Shown here in pieces: positions 55,574 through 63,996 of a stretch of 64,000 nt of DNA. The translations under genes were made by a program, and so were the position numbers. The stretch is from an uncultured Acidimicrobiaceae bacterium. GTDB lineage: Bacteria; Actinomycetota; Acidimicrobiia; Acidimicrobiales; RAAP-2. Each line of letters starts with the position of its first letter. Positions within the stretch are counted from its first letter, which is position 1. A model generated the notes under the pieces. It saw nothing but the letters and a program-made list of their open reading frames with translations, did no database searches and was not told where the DNA came from. Location: NCBI GenBank assembly GCA_963736525.1, contig CAVTPF010000004.1, positions 44,989 to 108,988 of the forward strand, read 5' to 3'.

Positions 55574-55735
55574 GGACGTTAGGAGCCGAAAGTTAACGGA
55601 GTTCGACTAACACGCTACTGGAGATGAATTCTTGAGTAACCCTTGCTATTCCCGAGGTCACTGACTTTCCGCGCCAATGAGCCTGTCACGCCACGCGAAC
55701 AGAAGATGACAACGAGGTGACATCGTTCACCCTCG
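55574..55735. promoter_or_regulatory. Conserved 162-nt non-coding module, copy B (paralogue of 48345..48506)
   Basis: It has the same three identical blocks as copy A. The minus-strand geometry is TTACTC-16 nt-TAGCGT (55629-55602). It sits between divergent pstC2 and the Wzy-GT gene. Confidence 0.5.
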
Positions 55736-55845
55736 TTCTTGTCGAAATAAAAGGCCCTATGATTTTGCCCGTCGAGCGCTTGCCTCGATGGGCAGCGGCG
55801 CACCAATCTGGCGCTCCCTGAAAGCGAATTGACCGAGATGACGCA

Positions 55846-58611
55846 ATGATCGCACGACGAGTCAATGGCGCCAACGGAACCACCGTCGTCCTCGAGCATC
55901 CCGGGTCGCTACCCCTCGTGGAGCACGAGACGTGGGACATCCGGCTGTACCGGTGGTACGGAAACACGCTCGGCGTCCTCGTCGTGCTCTATCTCTTGCT
56001 CGATCGAGGCATCGCACACTTCCATCTGCCCAAGACGCCGGCCTTCATCGGGGAACTGACGCTCGCCCTTGGTGTGCTCGCCATCATGGCGGGAACGCAG
56101 TGGCTGCGGCGGGCCCTGGCCGGCGACGTGTTGCTGGGCACGCTCATCGCGTACATGATCTGGTGCCTGTTCCGCACGGTGCCCAACATGCACATCTTCG
56201 GCATTCAGGTCACCATCCGCGACGCGGCGCTCTGGTACTACGCCGGCTTTGCCATCGCGCTGGTCGCGGCCTGCACCGCAGTGCCAGACCTGTTGGAGAA
56301 GATGGTCCGGGGCTTCAGGATCGTCCTGCCCCTCGTCACGGTCTGGTTGCCCATCGCACTCCTGCTGGAGCGCTCGGGAGTGCTGGGCCCTCGGTTTCGC
56401 TATTCGAGCGTCCCGCTTCTCTCCCACAAGCCGGGGAACATCTGCTGCGCCGCGGTCATCTGCCTCGCCTTCCTCCTCCTGATGCCCCGGAACAGGACAA
56501 ACGGCGACGGGAACGGCGACAGTGGCCGGCCACCGCGGTTCCGCCTGCTCCGTCAGCGCCGCTACCGTCCCGGCGTCTGGGTTTCCCTCATCGTCATCAA
56601 CATCTTCACCATGCTCCTGGGCGCTACGCAGACGCGCGGCGGCGGCCTGGCCGAGCTCGCCGCGGTCTTCGTGATGTTCTGCTTCATGGAGCGCACCCGG
56701 CGCAGCAGGACGCTCGCTGCCTTCATCGCCGGCCTCTTGCTGGTGATCGGGCTCGGATTGGCCACCGGAGCCTCGTACCACACGCAGAAGCGGACCATCT
56801 CCGTGTCACAGCTCTTCGAGAACGCTTCGAGCGTCAGTGGCGGCACGAACTCACAGCTCGGGGGGAGCGTCAGCTTCCGCTTCGATCTGTGGGGGACCAT
56901 CTTGAGCAAGCAGGAGAAGACGTCGCACCTCGTCAACGGGTTCGGATTCGGTGTGAACCTGGCGCGTACGGGAGGCCTCAATCCCCGACCGAACCAGCCC
57001 GCCACCCTGCAGCTGCGGAGCGCCCACAACTCGTGGCTCGACGTGTTCGCCCGGACGGGGATCATCGGTGCCCTGCTGTTCCTCATCGTGTGGATCGGCT
57101 GGTTCCGCCGCATGGGCAGAGCCCGACGACGCGCCCGGGACGAGGAGCTCCGCGGTGTCATCGGGGTCTGCATCTGCGGGAGCATCGCCATCTTGATCAA
57201 TTCGTTCTTCGACCCCACGCTCGAAGGCGCTCAGGTGGCCGCGGTCCTCTTCACGCTGTTCGGTCTCGGCATCGTGGCCACTCGGCGGTCGGAGGACGCC
57301 GGCCCCGAGCCGCCGGAGCCCTCGGACGAGCGGGCCGCGCTCCCCGCGCCCCGCGGGCCGCGCTCCCCGGCTAGTCGGGTGGCGACCCACCTGACCGACC
57401 AGACCAGCTTCGGGGCGGACGCCGGGGCCGCCCGTCGGTGGAGGGTGCTCCAGGTGCACACCCCACACCGTGAGTTCGGTGGCGAGGACGTCGCGGTGGA
57501 GGCGGACCGCCGCCTCCTGGAGGAGGGCGGCCACACTGTCGGGCAGTTCCTCGTCGAGAACCCCCGCGGGGTCGGCTCGGCGACCGGGGCGATCTTGCGA
57601 GCGCCTTGGAACTCATCCTCCGCTCGCCAGGCGCTCGACCACGCTCGTTCGTTCCGCCCCGACATCGTCCATGTGCACAACACCTGGTTCGCTCTGTCAC
57701 CGGCGGTCATCTCGACGCTCAGCACAGCGAGCTATCCGGTCCTCGTGACACTGCACAACTTCCGGACCGTGTGTGCGAACGGGCTCTTGCAGCGCGGTGG
57801 TCGCCCGTGCTCGCTCTGCGTCGGCAGCCACGCCGGGCACGCCGTCATCCACCGGTGCTACCGCGGGTCTGCCGTTCTCTCGGCGTCGGCCGCCCTGACG
57901 ATCGAACTCGCTCGCCGACGCGGCGTGTGGGGCGGAAAAGTGGACGAGTTCTTCGTATTGGAGGAGAGTGCCGTGCCACCCTTGGTCGCGGGAGGCATAC
58001 CGGAGGACCGCATCACGATCCGCCCGAACTTCGTCTCCGACGCCGAACCCCGTGCGGCCACCCCGTCCACATCGTCCGACGTGGTCTTCGTGGGGCGACT
58101 GTCACCGGAGAAGGGTCCGGACCTTCTGCTCGACGCATGGCGGCGCGCCACCCCCGCTGGTCTGCGGCTGCGCGTGTACGGTGACGGACCCCTGCGCCCA
58201 CTCCTCGAGACCACCGGCGCCCCTCAGGTGAGCTTCATGGGTCGGGTGCCTCCCGCCGAGATTCGCCGCGCCCTCGGCACTGCGCGTGCACTCGTCTTTC
58301 CGTCGACCTGTCGGGAAGCCGGGCCGCTCGCGCCGCTCGAAGCAGCCGCGGCCGGGTTACCGATCGTCATGAGCGACAGCGTCGGCATGTCCGGGAGGGT
58401 CGCCGGTGCGGGTGCCGGCTGGTCCTTCCCGTCCGGCGATCCCGGAGCTCTGGCGGCACGTCTTGCACAACTCCGTGACAACGCAGCGGTTGACCGGGCG
58501 GGGGCGGCGGCGTTGGCGATGCACGAGCGTTACTACAGCCCGAACCGAGCCCTCCATGAACTCGAGAGCGCTTATCGACGGGCATATGTCCGGCAGGTGA
58601 CACGACGATGA
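55846..58611 (+). CDS. Fusion protein: O-antigen ligase/polymerase (Wzy_C-type) membrane domain plus a C-terminal GT4 glycosyltransferase
   Basis: About 10-12 helices with RSAHNSWLDVFARTGIIGALLF (Wzy_C block). A Pro-rich linker follows, then RVLQVHTPHREFGGEDV, FVGRLSPEKG and VFPSTCREAGPLAPLEAAAAGLPIV. There is no stop between the two halves. Confidence 0.7.
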   Translation: MIARRVNGANGTTVVLEHPGSLPLVEHETWDIRLYRWYGNTLGVLVVLYLLLDRGIAHFHLPKTPAFIGELTLALGVLAIMAGTQWLRRALAGDVLLGTLIAYMIWCLFRTVPNMHIFGIQVTIRDAALWYYAGFAIALVAACTAVPDLLEKMVRGFRIVLPLVTVWLPIALLLERSGVLGPRFRYSSVPLLSHKPGNICCAAVICLAFLLLMPRNRTNGDGNGDSGRPPRFRLLRQRRYRPGVWVSLIVINIFTMLLGATQTRGGGLAELAAVFVMFCFMERTRRSRTLAAFIAGLLLVIGLGLATGASYHTQKRTISVSQLFENASSVSGGTNSQLGGSVSFRFDLWGTILSKQEKTSHLVNGFGFGVNLARTGGLNPRPNQPATLQLRSAHNSWLDVFARTGIIGALLFLIVWIGWFRRMGRARRRARDEELRGVIGVCICGSIAILINSFFDPTLEGAQVAAVLFTLFGLGIVATRRSEDAGPEPPEPSDERAALPAPRGPRSPASRVATHLTDQTSFGADAGAARRWRVLQVHTPHREFGGEDVAVEADRRLLEEGGHTVGQFLVENPRGVGSATGAILRAPWNSSSARQALDHARSFRPDIVHVHNTWFALSPAVISTLSTASYPVLVTLHNFRTVCANGLLQRGGRPCSLCVGSHAGHAVIHRCYRGSAVLSASAALTIELARRRGVWGGKVDEFFVLEESAVPPLVAGGIPEDRITIRPNFVSDAEPRAATPSTSSDVVFVGRLSPEKGPDLLLDAWRRATPAGLRLRVYGDGPLRPLLETTGAPQVSFMGRVPPAEIRRALGTARALVFPSTCREAGPLAPLEAAAAGLPIVMSDSVGMSGRVAGAGAGWSFPSGDPGALAARLAQLRDNAAVDRAGAAALAMHERYYSPNRALHELESAYRRAYVRQVTRR

Positions 58612-58783
58612 ACAGGGTGAATGGGCGGTTTGACCCGTTTGACAGGGCCTCCGTGCTCGGACACACTGAGCCGCGTTCTGATTGAGCGCGGGGCGCACTC
58701 GTCGGAATGCCAAGCATTGGCATGCCATCCGTTTGACACCTCGGACTGCAGAGAACCTCTTGGCCACATACGACCGACCGCCG

Positions 58784-60979
58784 ATGATCGGACCCACCAT
58801 CATTGGATCGATCCGGAGGTTCTACCGGATCGTCGCCTTGACGACTGGGCTCGCGCTGTTCGCAGGCCTGGTGTGGATCCTCGTCTCCCCGTCGGAATAT
58901 GCGGGAACCGCCAGCATCGTGTTGACGCCTCCACCGGCCTCGTTGACCGTCGGGCTGAACACGTCCCACATCCCGAACGCGACATTTCAGGGCCAGCAGG
59001 TGGCCATCATCCAATCGTCCGAGGTTGCCGCCGGCGCAGCAACGATCCTCAACTCGAAGTTTCCGGACAGCCACGTCACGGCGAGCCAGGTGCAGAGCGG
59101 CACCACTGTGAAGCTCCCGACGCCGGGCGCCGCCGGCAGCAACGGCGCCGCCACGAAGGTCACCGTGACCCTGCCGTCGAACACCTTGGCCCCGGCCGGA
59201 GCGAACGCGGTCATTGCCTCGTATCTCCAAGTGAGCCACGCGGACATCCGTCAGCAGGCGCGCAGCTCCATCAACGCCATCGACTCCGAAATCGCCAAGA
59301 CGACCTCGGCAATCCAGGCCATCCCGGCCCCGACCTCGAGCAAGACGACCCCGACGACGTCGCCCTCACCGTCGAGCACATCCCATACGGGTACCACGGT
59401 GGTCCACGCGCCCCGTACGACGACGACCCGGCCCGCAAGGACGACGACGACACGCGCCCCGCGTACCACCACCACAACGACACGCCCCCCTCGCACCACG
59501 ACCTCGAAGCCGACCACGACGTCCAGTTCGAGCACGTCGACCAGTGCGAGCGCCAGGCTCGCTCCGAACGTGGGCCAGCTGACTTCGTTCACGCCTTCTC
59601 CGGCTGGCCACGTGGTGCTGACCGCCGACGCCGCGTCGACGACGACCACGTCACCGGTCCCGGGCGGCAACACCGGCGCGGGCACGACCGCCACCACGAC
59701 CACGACGAGCTCTTCTTCCAGCTCGTCGGGCGGCTCCTCCGACGACTCGAGCAATGCCAACAACGCGCAGCAGCGTGCGGCGCTGCAGTCCACCCTCTCC
59801 AATCTGAACAAGGACAAGGCGCAGGTCTCGGTCAACGAACAGATCGACCTGGCCTTCACCCCCACGATCTTCCCCGCCACGGCGCCCGGTGTCCCCGCCA
59901 ACGGCAACTACCTGCGGACCTTGCTCATCTCCTTGGCCATCGGGTTCCTGGTCGGCGCGATCATCGCCTTCGTGCTCGCCAGCACGCGGCGACGCTTCGA
60001 GAAGGCGACGGACCCGCAGCTGGTTTACCGGGTGCCGTTGATCACGACGGTACCGGCCTTCGCCGTTCCGGTGTGGACGCGGGTGGCGCTCCCCATCCTG
60101 ACCGCGCCGACGGACGAGGCAGCGGAGGCCTATCGAACCCTGGCCACCGTGCTGCGTGCCCGGCGCAACGAATCCGATTGCATCATCGTCTCGTTCAGTG
60201 CCGCCGACCTGGGCTCGGGTACGACCACGACCGTCGCCAACTGTGGCCTCGCACTGGCCGAAATGGGTGAGCGGGCCTTGGTCATCGACGGTGATCCGCT
60301 GGGCAGGGGCCTCACCCAGGCCCTCGTCGAGGATGCAGAGCCCATGGATCTCGGCATGCCGCACCTGGGTCTCACCGAGCTGCTCGAGGGTCGCTCACTC
60401 GATGAGACGATCGTCCCCGCCATTGGGAATACGGGACTCATGGTGGTCCCCAGCGGGCGCAACACCGACATGGCGATCCACCGCTGGCGATCATCGATCA
60501 TGCGGGTCGCCCTCGAGAACCTCACTGAACGCTTCGACGTGATCCTCATTGACACTCCCCCGATGGGGACGTCCTCGTTCAGCCTCGATCTGGCCGGCAT
60601 TGCCGAGCATCTGGTGATGGTCATTCCGCACTATGACCTCGTCGAACTGCACGATGGCATCGCACGGCGTCTCCCGATGGTCGCGATCGAGCTAATGGGA
60701 TACGTCTACAACGGCACACCGGCGAGTGTCCGCTTCGTCCCGTACTTCCCGATCATTCGGGGCAGCCAACCTGCCCCACTGGGGCCGGCGCCCGCGCCGT
60801 TGTACCGGGCGGAACCGACGACGCTCGGTACGGCACCCGCGGGAACCGTTGGCGCAACGGGAGCGATTGCGACTGCGACGCGTGAAGAGGAGATGGCCAC
60901 CGGCCATGTCCCTCCCGTGGAGAACCCCGACGACACGTTGGCCGTGCCTCTCGTTACGCCGGACGAGCCCCGGTCCTGA
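58784..60979 (+). CDS. Wzz-type chain-length determinant fused to a BY-kinase-like P-loop domain (Walker A Lys absent)
   Basis: N-terminus RRFYRIVALTTGLALFAGLVWILVSPSEYAGTASIVL. The C-terminal domain has EAYRTLATVL, VSFSAADLGSGTTTTVANCGLALAE, ALVIDGD and DVILIDTPP. Confidence 0.7.
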   Translation: MIGPTIIGSIRRFYRIVALTTGLALFAGLVWILVSPSEYAGTASIVLTPPPASLTVGLNTSHIPNATFQGQQVAIIQSSEVAAGAATILNSKFPDSHVTASQVQSGTTVKLPTPGAAGSNGAATKVTVTLPSNTLAPAGANAVIASYLQVSHADIRQQARSSINAIDSEIAKTTSAIQAIPAPTSSKTTPTTSPSPSSTSHTGTTVVHAPRTTTTRPARTTTTRAPRTTTTTTRPPRTTTSKPTTTSSSSTSTSASARLAPNVGQLTSFTPSPAGHVVLTADAASTTTTSPVPGGNTGAGTTATTTTTSSSSSSSGGSSDDSSNANNAQQRAALQSTLSNLNKDKAQVSVNEQIDLAFTPTIFPATAPGVPANGNYLRTLLISLAIGFLVGAIIAFVLASTRRRFEKATDPQLVYRVPLITTVPAFAVPVWTRVALPILTAPTDEAAEAYRTLATVLRARRNESDCIIVSFSAADLGSGTTTTVANCGLALAEMGERALVIDGDPLGRGLTQALVEDAEPMDLGMPHLGLTELLEGRSLDETIVPAIGNTGLMVVPSGRNTDMAIHRWRSSIMRVALENLTERFDVILIDTPPMGTSSFSLDLAGIAEHLVMVIPHYDLVELHDGIARRLPMVAIELMGYVYNGTPASVRFVPYFPIIRGSQPAPLGPAPAPLYRAEPTTLGTAPAGTVGATGAIATATREEEMATGHVPPVENPDDTLAVPLVTPDEPRS
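59408..59506 (+). repeat. Imperfect tandem coding repeat (A/P)-R-T-T-T-T-R, a Thr/Pro/Arg-rich linker
   Basis: It translates to [33 protein letters not shown], followed by a Ser/Thr-rich stretch. Confidence 0.75.
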
Positions 60980-61009
60980 CCGGGCGGTCCTCCCGGCAAC
61001 ACGCTCGGA

Positions 61010-62980
61010 TCAAGAGTTTGGAGAGCTCGATGCCGTGGTTGTCTCGCTCGAGGCCGGTGGCGACGGCGCCGTCGTGGTCGCGACCGAAACCGACCCCGGG
61101 AAGGAGAAGGTGGCCCCGGCACAGTCGTGCGGGATGCGGGCCAGCACGTACAGCACGCCGGGGTCCGAGCTGAAGGAATAAACCCCGAGCGAGGATTCCG
61201 TCGCCAGGCAACCCAGCTCGGGGTCGTTGGTGGTGAACCCGACGAGCGTCCCGACCGAGCTACGCGTCCCCGATCCGGCCGGCGACTTGATCAGGGTCAC
61301 CGTCCCACCCTCCCAACTTCCCTGGTAGCTGTAACTCGGTGGTGGCTGCGTCGTCGGCGGCGGCTTCGAGACCGGTGCTGACACCGGATGCGGGCCACCC
61401 GTCGGCCGCGGGGTGCGGGCCGGTGAGGGGCTCGAAGTGACCGGGGCGACCGCTGGGGGCGGCGAGGCCTGAGGGGTTGCCGCTGGTGCTGCCGCCGGCG
61501 CAGCAACCGGCGCCGCCACGGTCGCCGGGCCACCGTGCGAGGAGCTGGTCGACGTCGGACCCGCCAGGGTGTCCTTCGACGCAGGCGCCATGCCGTCGAG
61601 CGCCGACACCATGGCCGCATCGTTGGAACCATCCATGCCGAGAGCCCAGATGCCGACGCCGCCCAGTCCGTACTGCTCGGACAGCTGCGCCGCGAGATAC
61701 AGCGAGGTGGGGTCTTCGAAGAAGGCCTCGTGCCACTGGCCGCCGCTGAGGTACGACGTCCAGGCCGTCTGGGTGACAGCGTCCCAGTAGATGGGGTGGC
61801 CGCTGGCGGCCTCCTGGCCGTAGGTGACGACGGACGGTGATCCCTGTGCCTGGGCGCCGAGCGTCCCGTTCGCGGTGGGCCAGTCGTAGCCGAAGAAGGG
61901 AAGCCCGAGGATCACCTTGCTCGGCGGCACCGCGGCCACGTACTGCTGGGCTGCCGTCTGGTTCGAGAACATCCCGCTGGTGAGCGGTGATCCGCTGCTC
62001 GGACTCGCCTTGAGATTCAGCTCATACGCCATGACGAAGAATCCGTCGACAACCCGACTGAGCGCGCGGATGTCGTAGTAACCGGCGGGATCGCCGGCCG
62101 ACGATGCATACGTGTCGAGTGTGAGCTGGTAGGCGGGATTGGCGCCGTGCAGCGCGGCCGACACGGCGGTGACGAGGTCGGTCAGACCGGCCTGGTCGCC
62201 TGAGCCCTCACCCTCCAGGTCGAGGTTCGCTCCGTCGAGGCTCTTCGACCTGACCAGACCGAGCACCTCCTGGGCCAGTCGATCCGCTGCCGCCGGGCTC
62301 GAGGTCAACGCGTCGAGCGACGACTGGTCGAAGTCGTTGACGGTGACAACGACCCGGTCACCGGCCGCATGGGCTCGGTCCACCAGATCGATGAATTGCT
62401 GGCTCTCGAAGCCGTCCCAGCCGGGACCCGATTCCGCCAGCGTGCCGTCCGGATTGATACCGATGCTGAAGTAGTCCACGGTCGTGAGCCCGGCCAGGTC
62501 GAAACCGGAACTGTCGGCGAGCGACCAATAGGGGGCGAATCCGAACACCTCGTGCGAGCGGAGTGGAGGCTCGTTGCTCACCGAGGGGAGCGCCGGTTGC
62601 GCGGTCTCCCCCGGCGTGGCGGGCGTCAGCGTCTGCGCGGACCCTCCGGCCGCTCCGACGGCCGACGCGCCGACCGACCCCGCGGCCGTCGGTGGTTCGT
62701 CCTGCGCCGGAATGATGTCGTGGACGAGATCGGCCTGCGTCGTCGGCACCGACCCGCCGCCGGAACGCAGACCCACCAGGCCACCGACGACGGCCGCGGC
62801 AGCCAGGGCCACGAGGACCTTCTTGGTTGTCTTCGGTCGCCACCGCAGTCTCCGAACCACGGGTTCTACCGGCACGCGCTCGTCACCCGCCTGGCCGTCG
62901 ACCCGGAACGTCCGGTCCCACGCCTCGGTTCTCGCAATCAGGCGGTTGAGGATCTCCCGGGGCTGGCGGGGCCGCGGCAC
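61010..62980 (-). CDS. Glycoside hydrolase family 18 protein, membrane-anchored, with a Pro-rich linker and a C-terminal domain
   Basis: VFGFAPYW, SLDGANLDLEGEG (DxE catalytic block, with the middle Asp replaced by Asn as in the YaaH-type), FFVMAYE and GLPFFGYDW. GTG start. Confidence 0.75.
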   Translation of the reverse strand: MPRPRQPREILNRLIARTEAWDRTFRVDGQAGDERVPVEPVVRRLRWRPKTTKKVLVALAAAAVVGGLVGLRSGGGSVPTTQADLVHDIIPAQDEPPTAAGSVGASAVGAAGGSAQTLTPATPGETAQPALPSVSNEPPLRSHEVFGFAPYWSLADSSGFDLAGLTTVDYFSIGINPDGTLAESGPGWDGFESQQFIDLVDRAHAAGDRVVVTVNDFDQSSLDALTSSPAAADRLAQEVLGLVRSKSLDGANLDLEGEGSGDQAGLTDLVTAVSAALHGANPAYQLTLDTYASSAGDPAGYYDIRALSRVVDGFFVMAYELNLKASPSSGSPLTSGMFSNQTAAQQYVAAVPPSKVILGLPFFGYDWPTANGTLGAQAQGSPSVVTYGQEAASGHPIYWDAVTQTAWTSYLSGGQWHEAFFEDPTSLYLAAQLSEQYGLGGVGIWALGMDGSNDAAMVSALDGMAPASKDTLAGPTSTSSSHGGPATVAAPVAAPAAAPAATPQASPPPAVAPVTSSPSPARTPRPTGGPHPVSAPVSKPPPTTQPPPSYSYQGSWEGGTVTLIKSPAGSGTRSSVGTLVGFTTNDPELGCLATESSLGVYSFSSDPGVLYVLARIPHDCAGATFSFPGSVSVATTTAPSPPASSETTTASSSPNS

Positions 62981-63084
62981 GGCGCGAAGCTAGTTCTGGC
63001 CGCGAGCGCCACGTCCATGACCACCGGGGTTGTCACCCCCACTTCATCGTCGATTCATGAGACCGTCACGGGATAACCGGAATT

Positions 63085-63996
63085 TCACCTGCGGTCCCGA
63101 TTCGATGCGGACACCAGGTGTCGATACGTCCGCGACGCCAGATCAAGTCCGTGCGCACTGTTCCCGAGTCGCGACTGGACAACGTGCCTCGCCTGCCGCT
63201 CAATGACGTGGCGGACATATCTCGCGGTCCCGAGGCGGCGCCGGTACTCGTCGAAGTAGTCCGCGAGCTCCTGGCGGGTGCGGGCGTCCCCATTGTCTGC
63301 GTACTTGGCGACGTACGGTGTGACATCGCGCGACAGGTTCGGCACCGGCCACTTCCCGTGCAACGTTGTTCTCATGAAATTCCCGATGAGCAGGTCGTCG
63401 AAGGTCCGCCACTGCACCGCCTTGAGGAGGGAGGCCCGTGGCACCTCGAAGGTGATCCCGCGACCGGGAGCGCTCTTCCCGAGGGGTATCACGTTGTCGC
63501 GTCCACCGACACGCACATTGACGAATTCCAGGCGATCCCGCAGGTGCGCGATCGATCCGAAGTATGACGACACGGCATCGGCTTCCGCGGCGCTCAGCTC
63601 GTCGCTCCACACGTCGCCGAACGCTTCGGGGATTTCGAAGGTTTCCGGGGCGGGTGATGGGTGTAACTCCAGCAGGGTGTCGGAGATGCAGTCATATCGG
63701 ATGAAGGGCGGGAGGATCTCGGAATGCTTGGACCGGTAGCCGACCGCGAAGTCCTCCACGGCAGTCGTGCAGTCATTGGCCCAGGCACTGTCGGTCCGCT
63801 GGTAGCGGTGAAACGAGCTGAAAGGCACGAAGTAGCGGGCCCCGAACGTGTCGGTGACCCGGGCCACCTGGGCCCCGACCCGGTACTCGTTCGCCTTGCG
63901 CAGCGCCGGACCACTCGGAACCCGGTTCCCTGCCTCGTCGTAGAAGTTGATCATGTCGGCATCACCGAAGCCGCTGAGACGTAGGAGGAAGGACAC
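63085..63996 (-). CDS. Hypothetical protein, probably 5'-incomplete at the window edge
   Basis: The ORF stays open to within 4 nt of the window end. No family was recognised. Confidence 0.4.
   Translation of the reverse strand: MSFLLRLSGFGDADMINFYDEAGNRVPSGPALRKANEYRVGAQVARVTDTFGARYFVPFSSFHRYQRTDSAWANDCTTAVEDFAVGYRSKHSEILPPFIRYDCISDTLLELHPSPAPETFEIPEAFGDVWSDELSAAEADAVSSYFGSIAHLRDRLEFVNVRVGGRDNVIPLGKSAPGRGITFEVPRASLLKAVQWRTFDDLLIGNFMRTTLHGKWPVPNLSRDVTPYVAKYADNGDARTRQELADYFDEYRRRLGTARYVRHVIERQARHVVQSRLGNSAHGLDLASRTYRHLVSASNRDRR

Noticed and set aside
41600-55740. A mobile-element origin for the duplicated block (IS, integrase, terminal inverted repeats, tRNA target).
   Set aside because: No transposase, integrase or recombinase-like ORF, tRNA or flanking inverted repeats could be found. 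The copies are direct and adjacent, which fits tandem duplication better.
59408-59551. A tandem repeat considered as a possible CRISPR or satellite.
   Set aside because: It is an in-frame Thr/Pro/Arg coding repeat inside the Wzz-like gene. There is no spacer/repeat periodicity and there are no cas genes. No CRISPR array was seen anywhere in the window.
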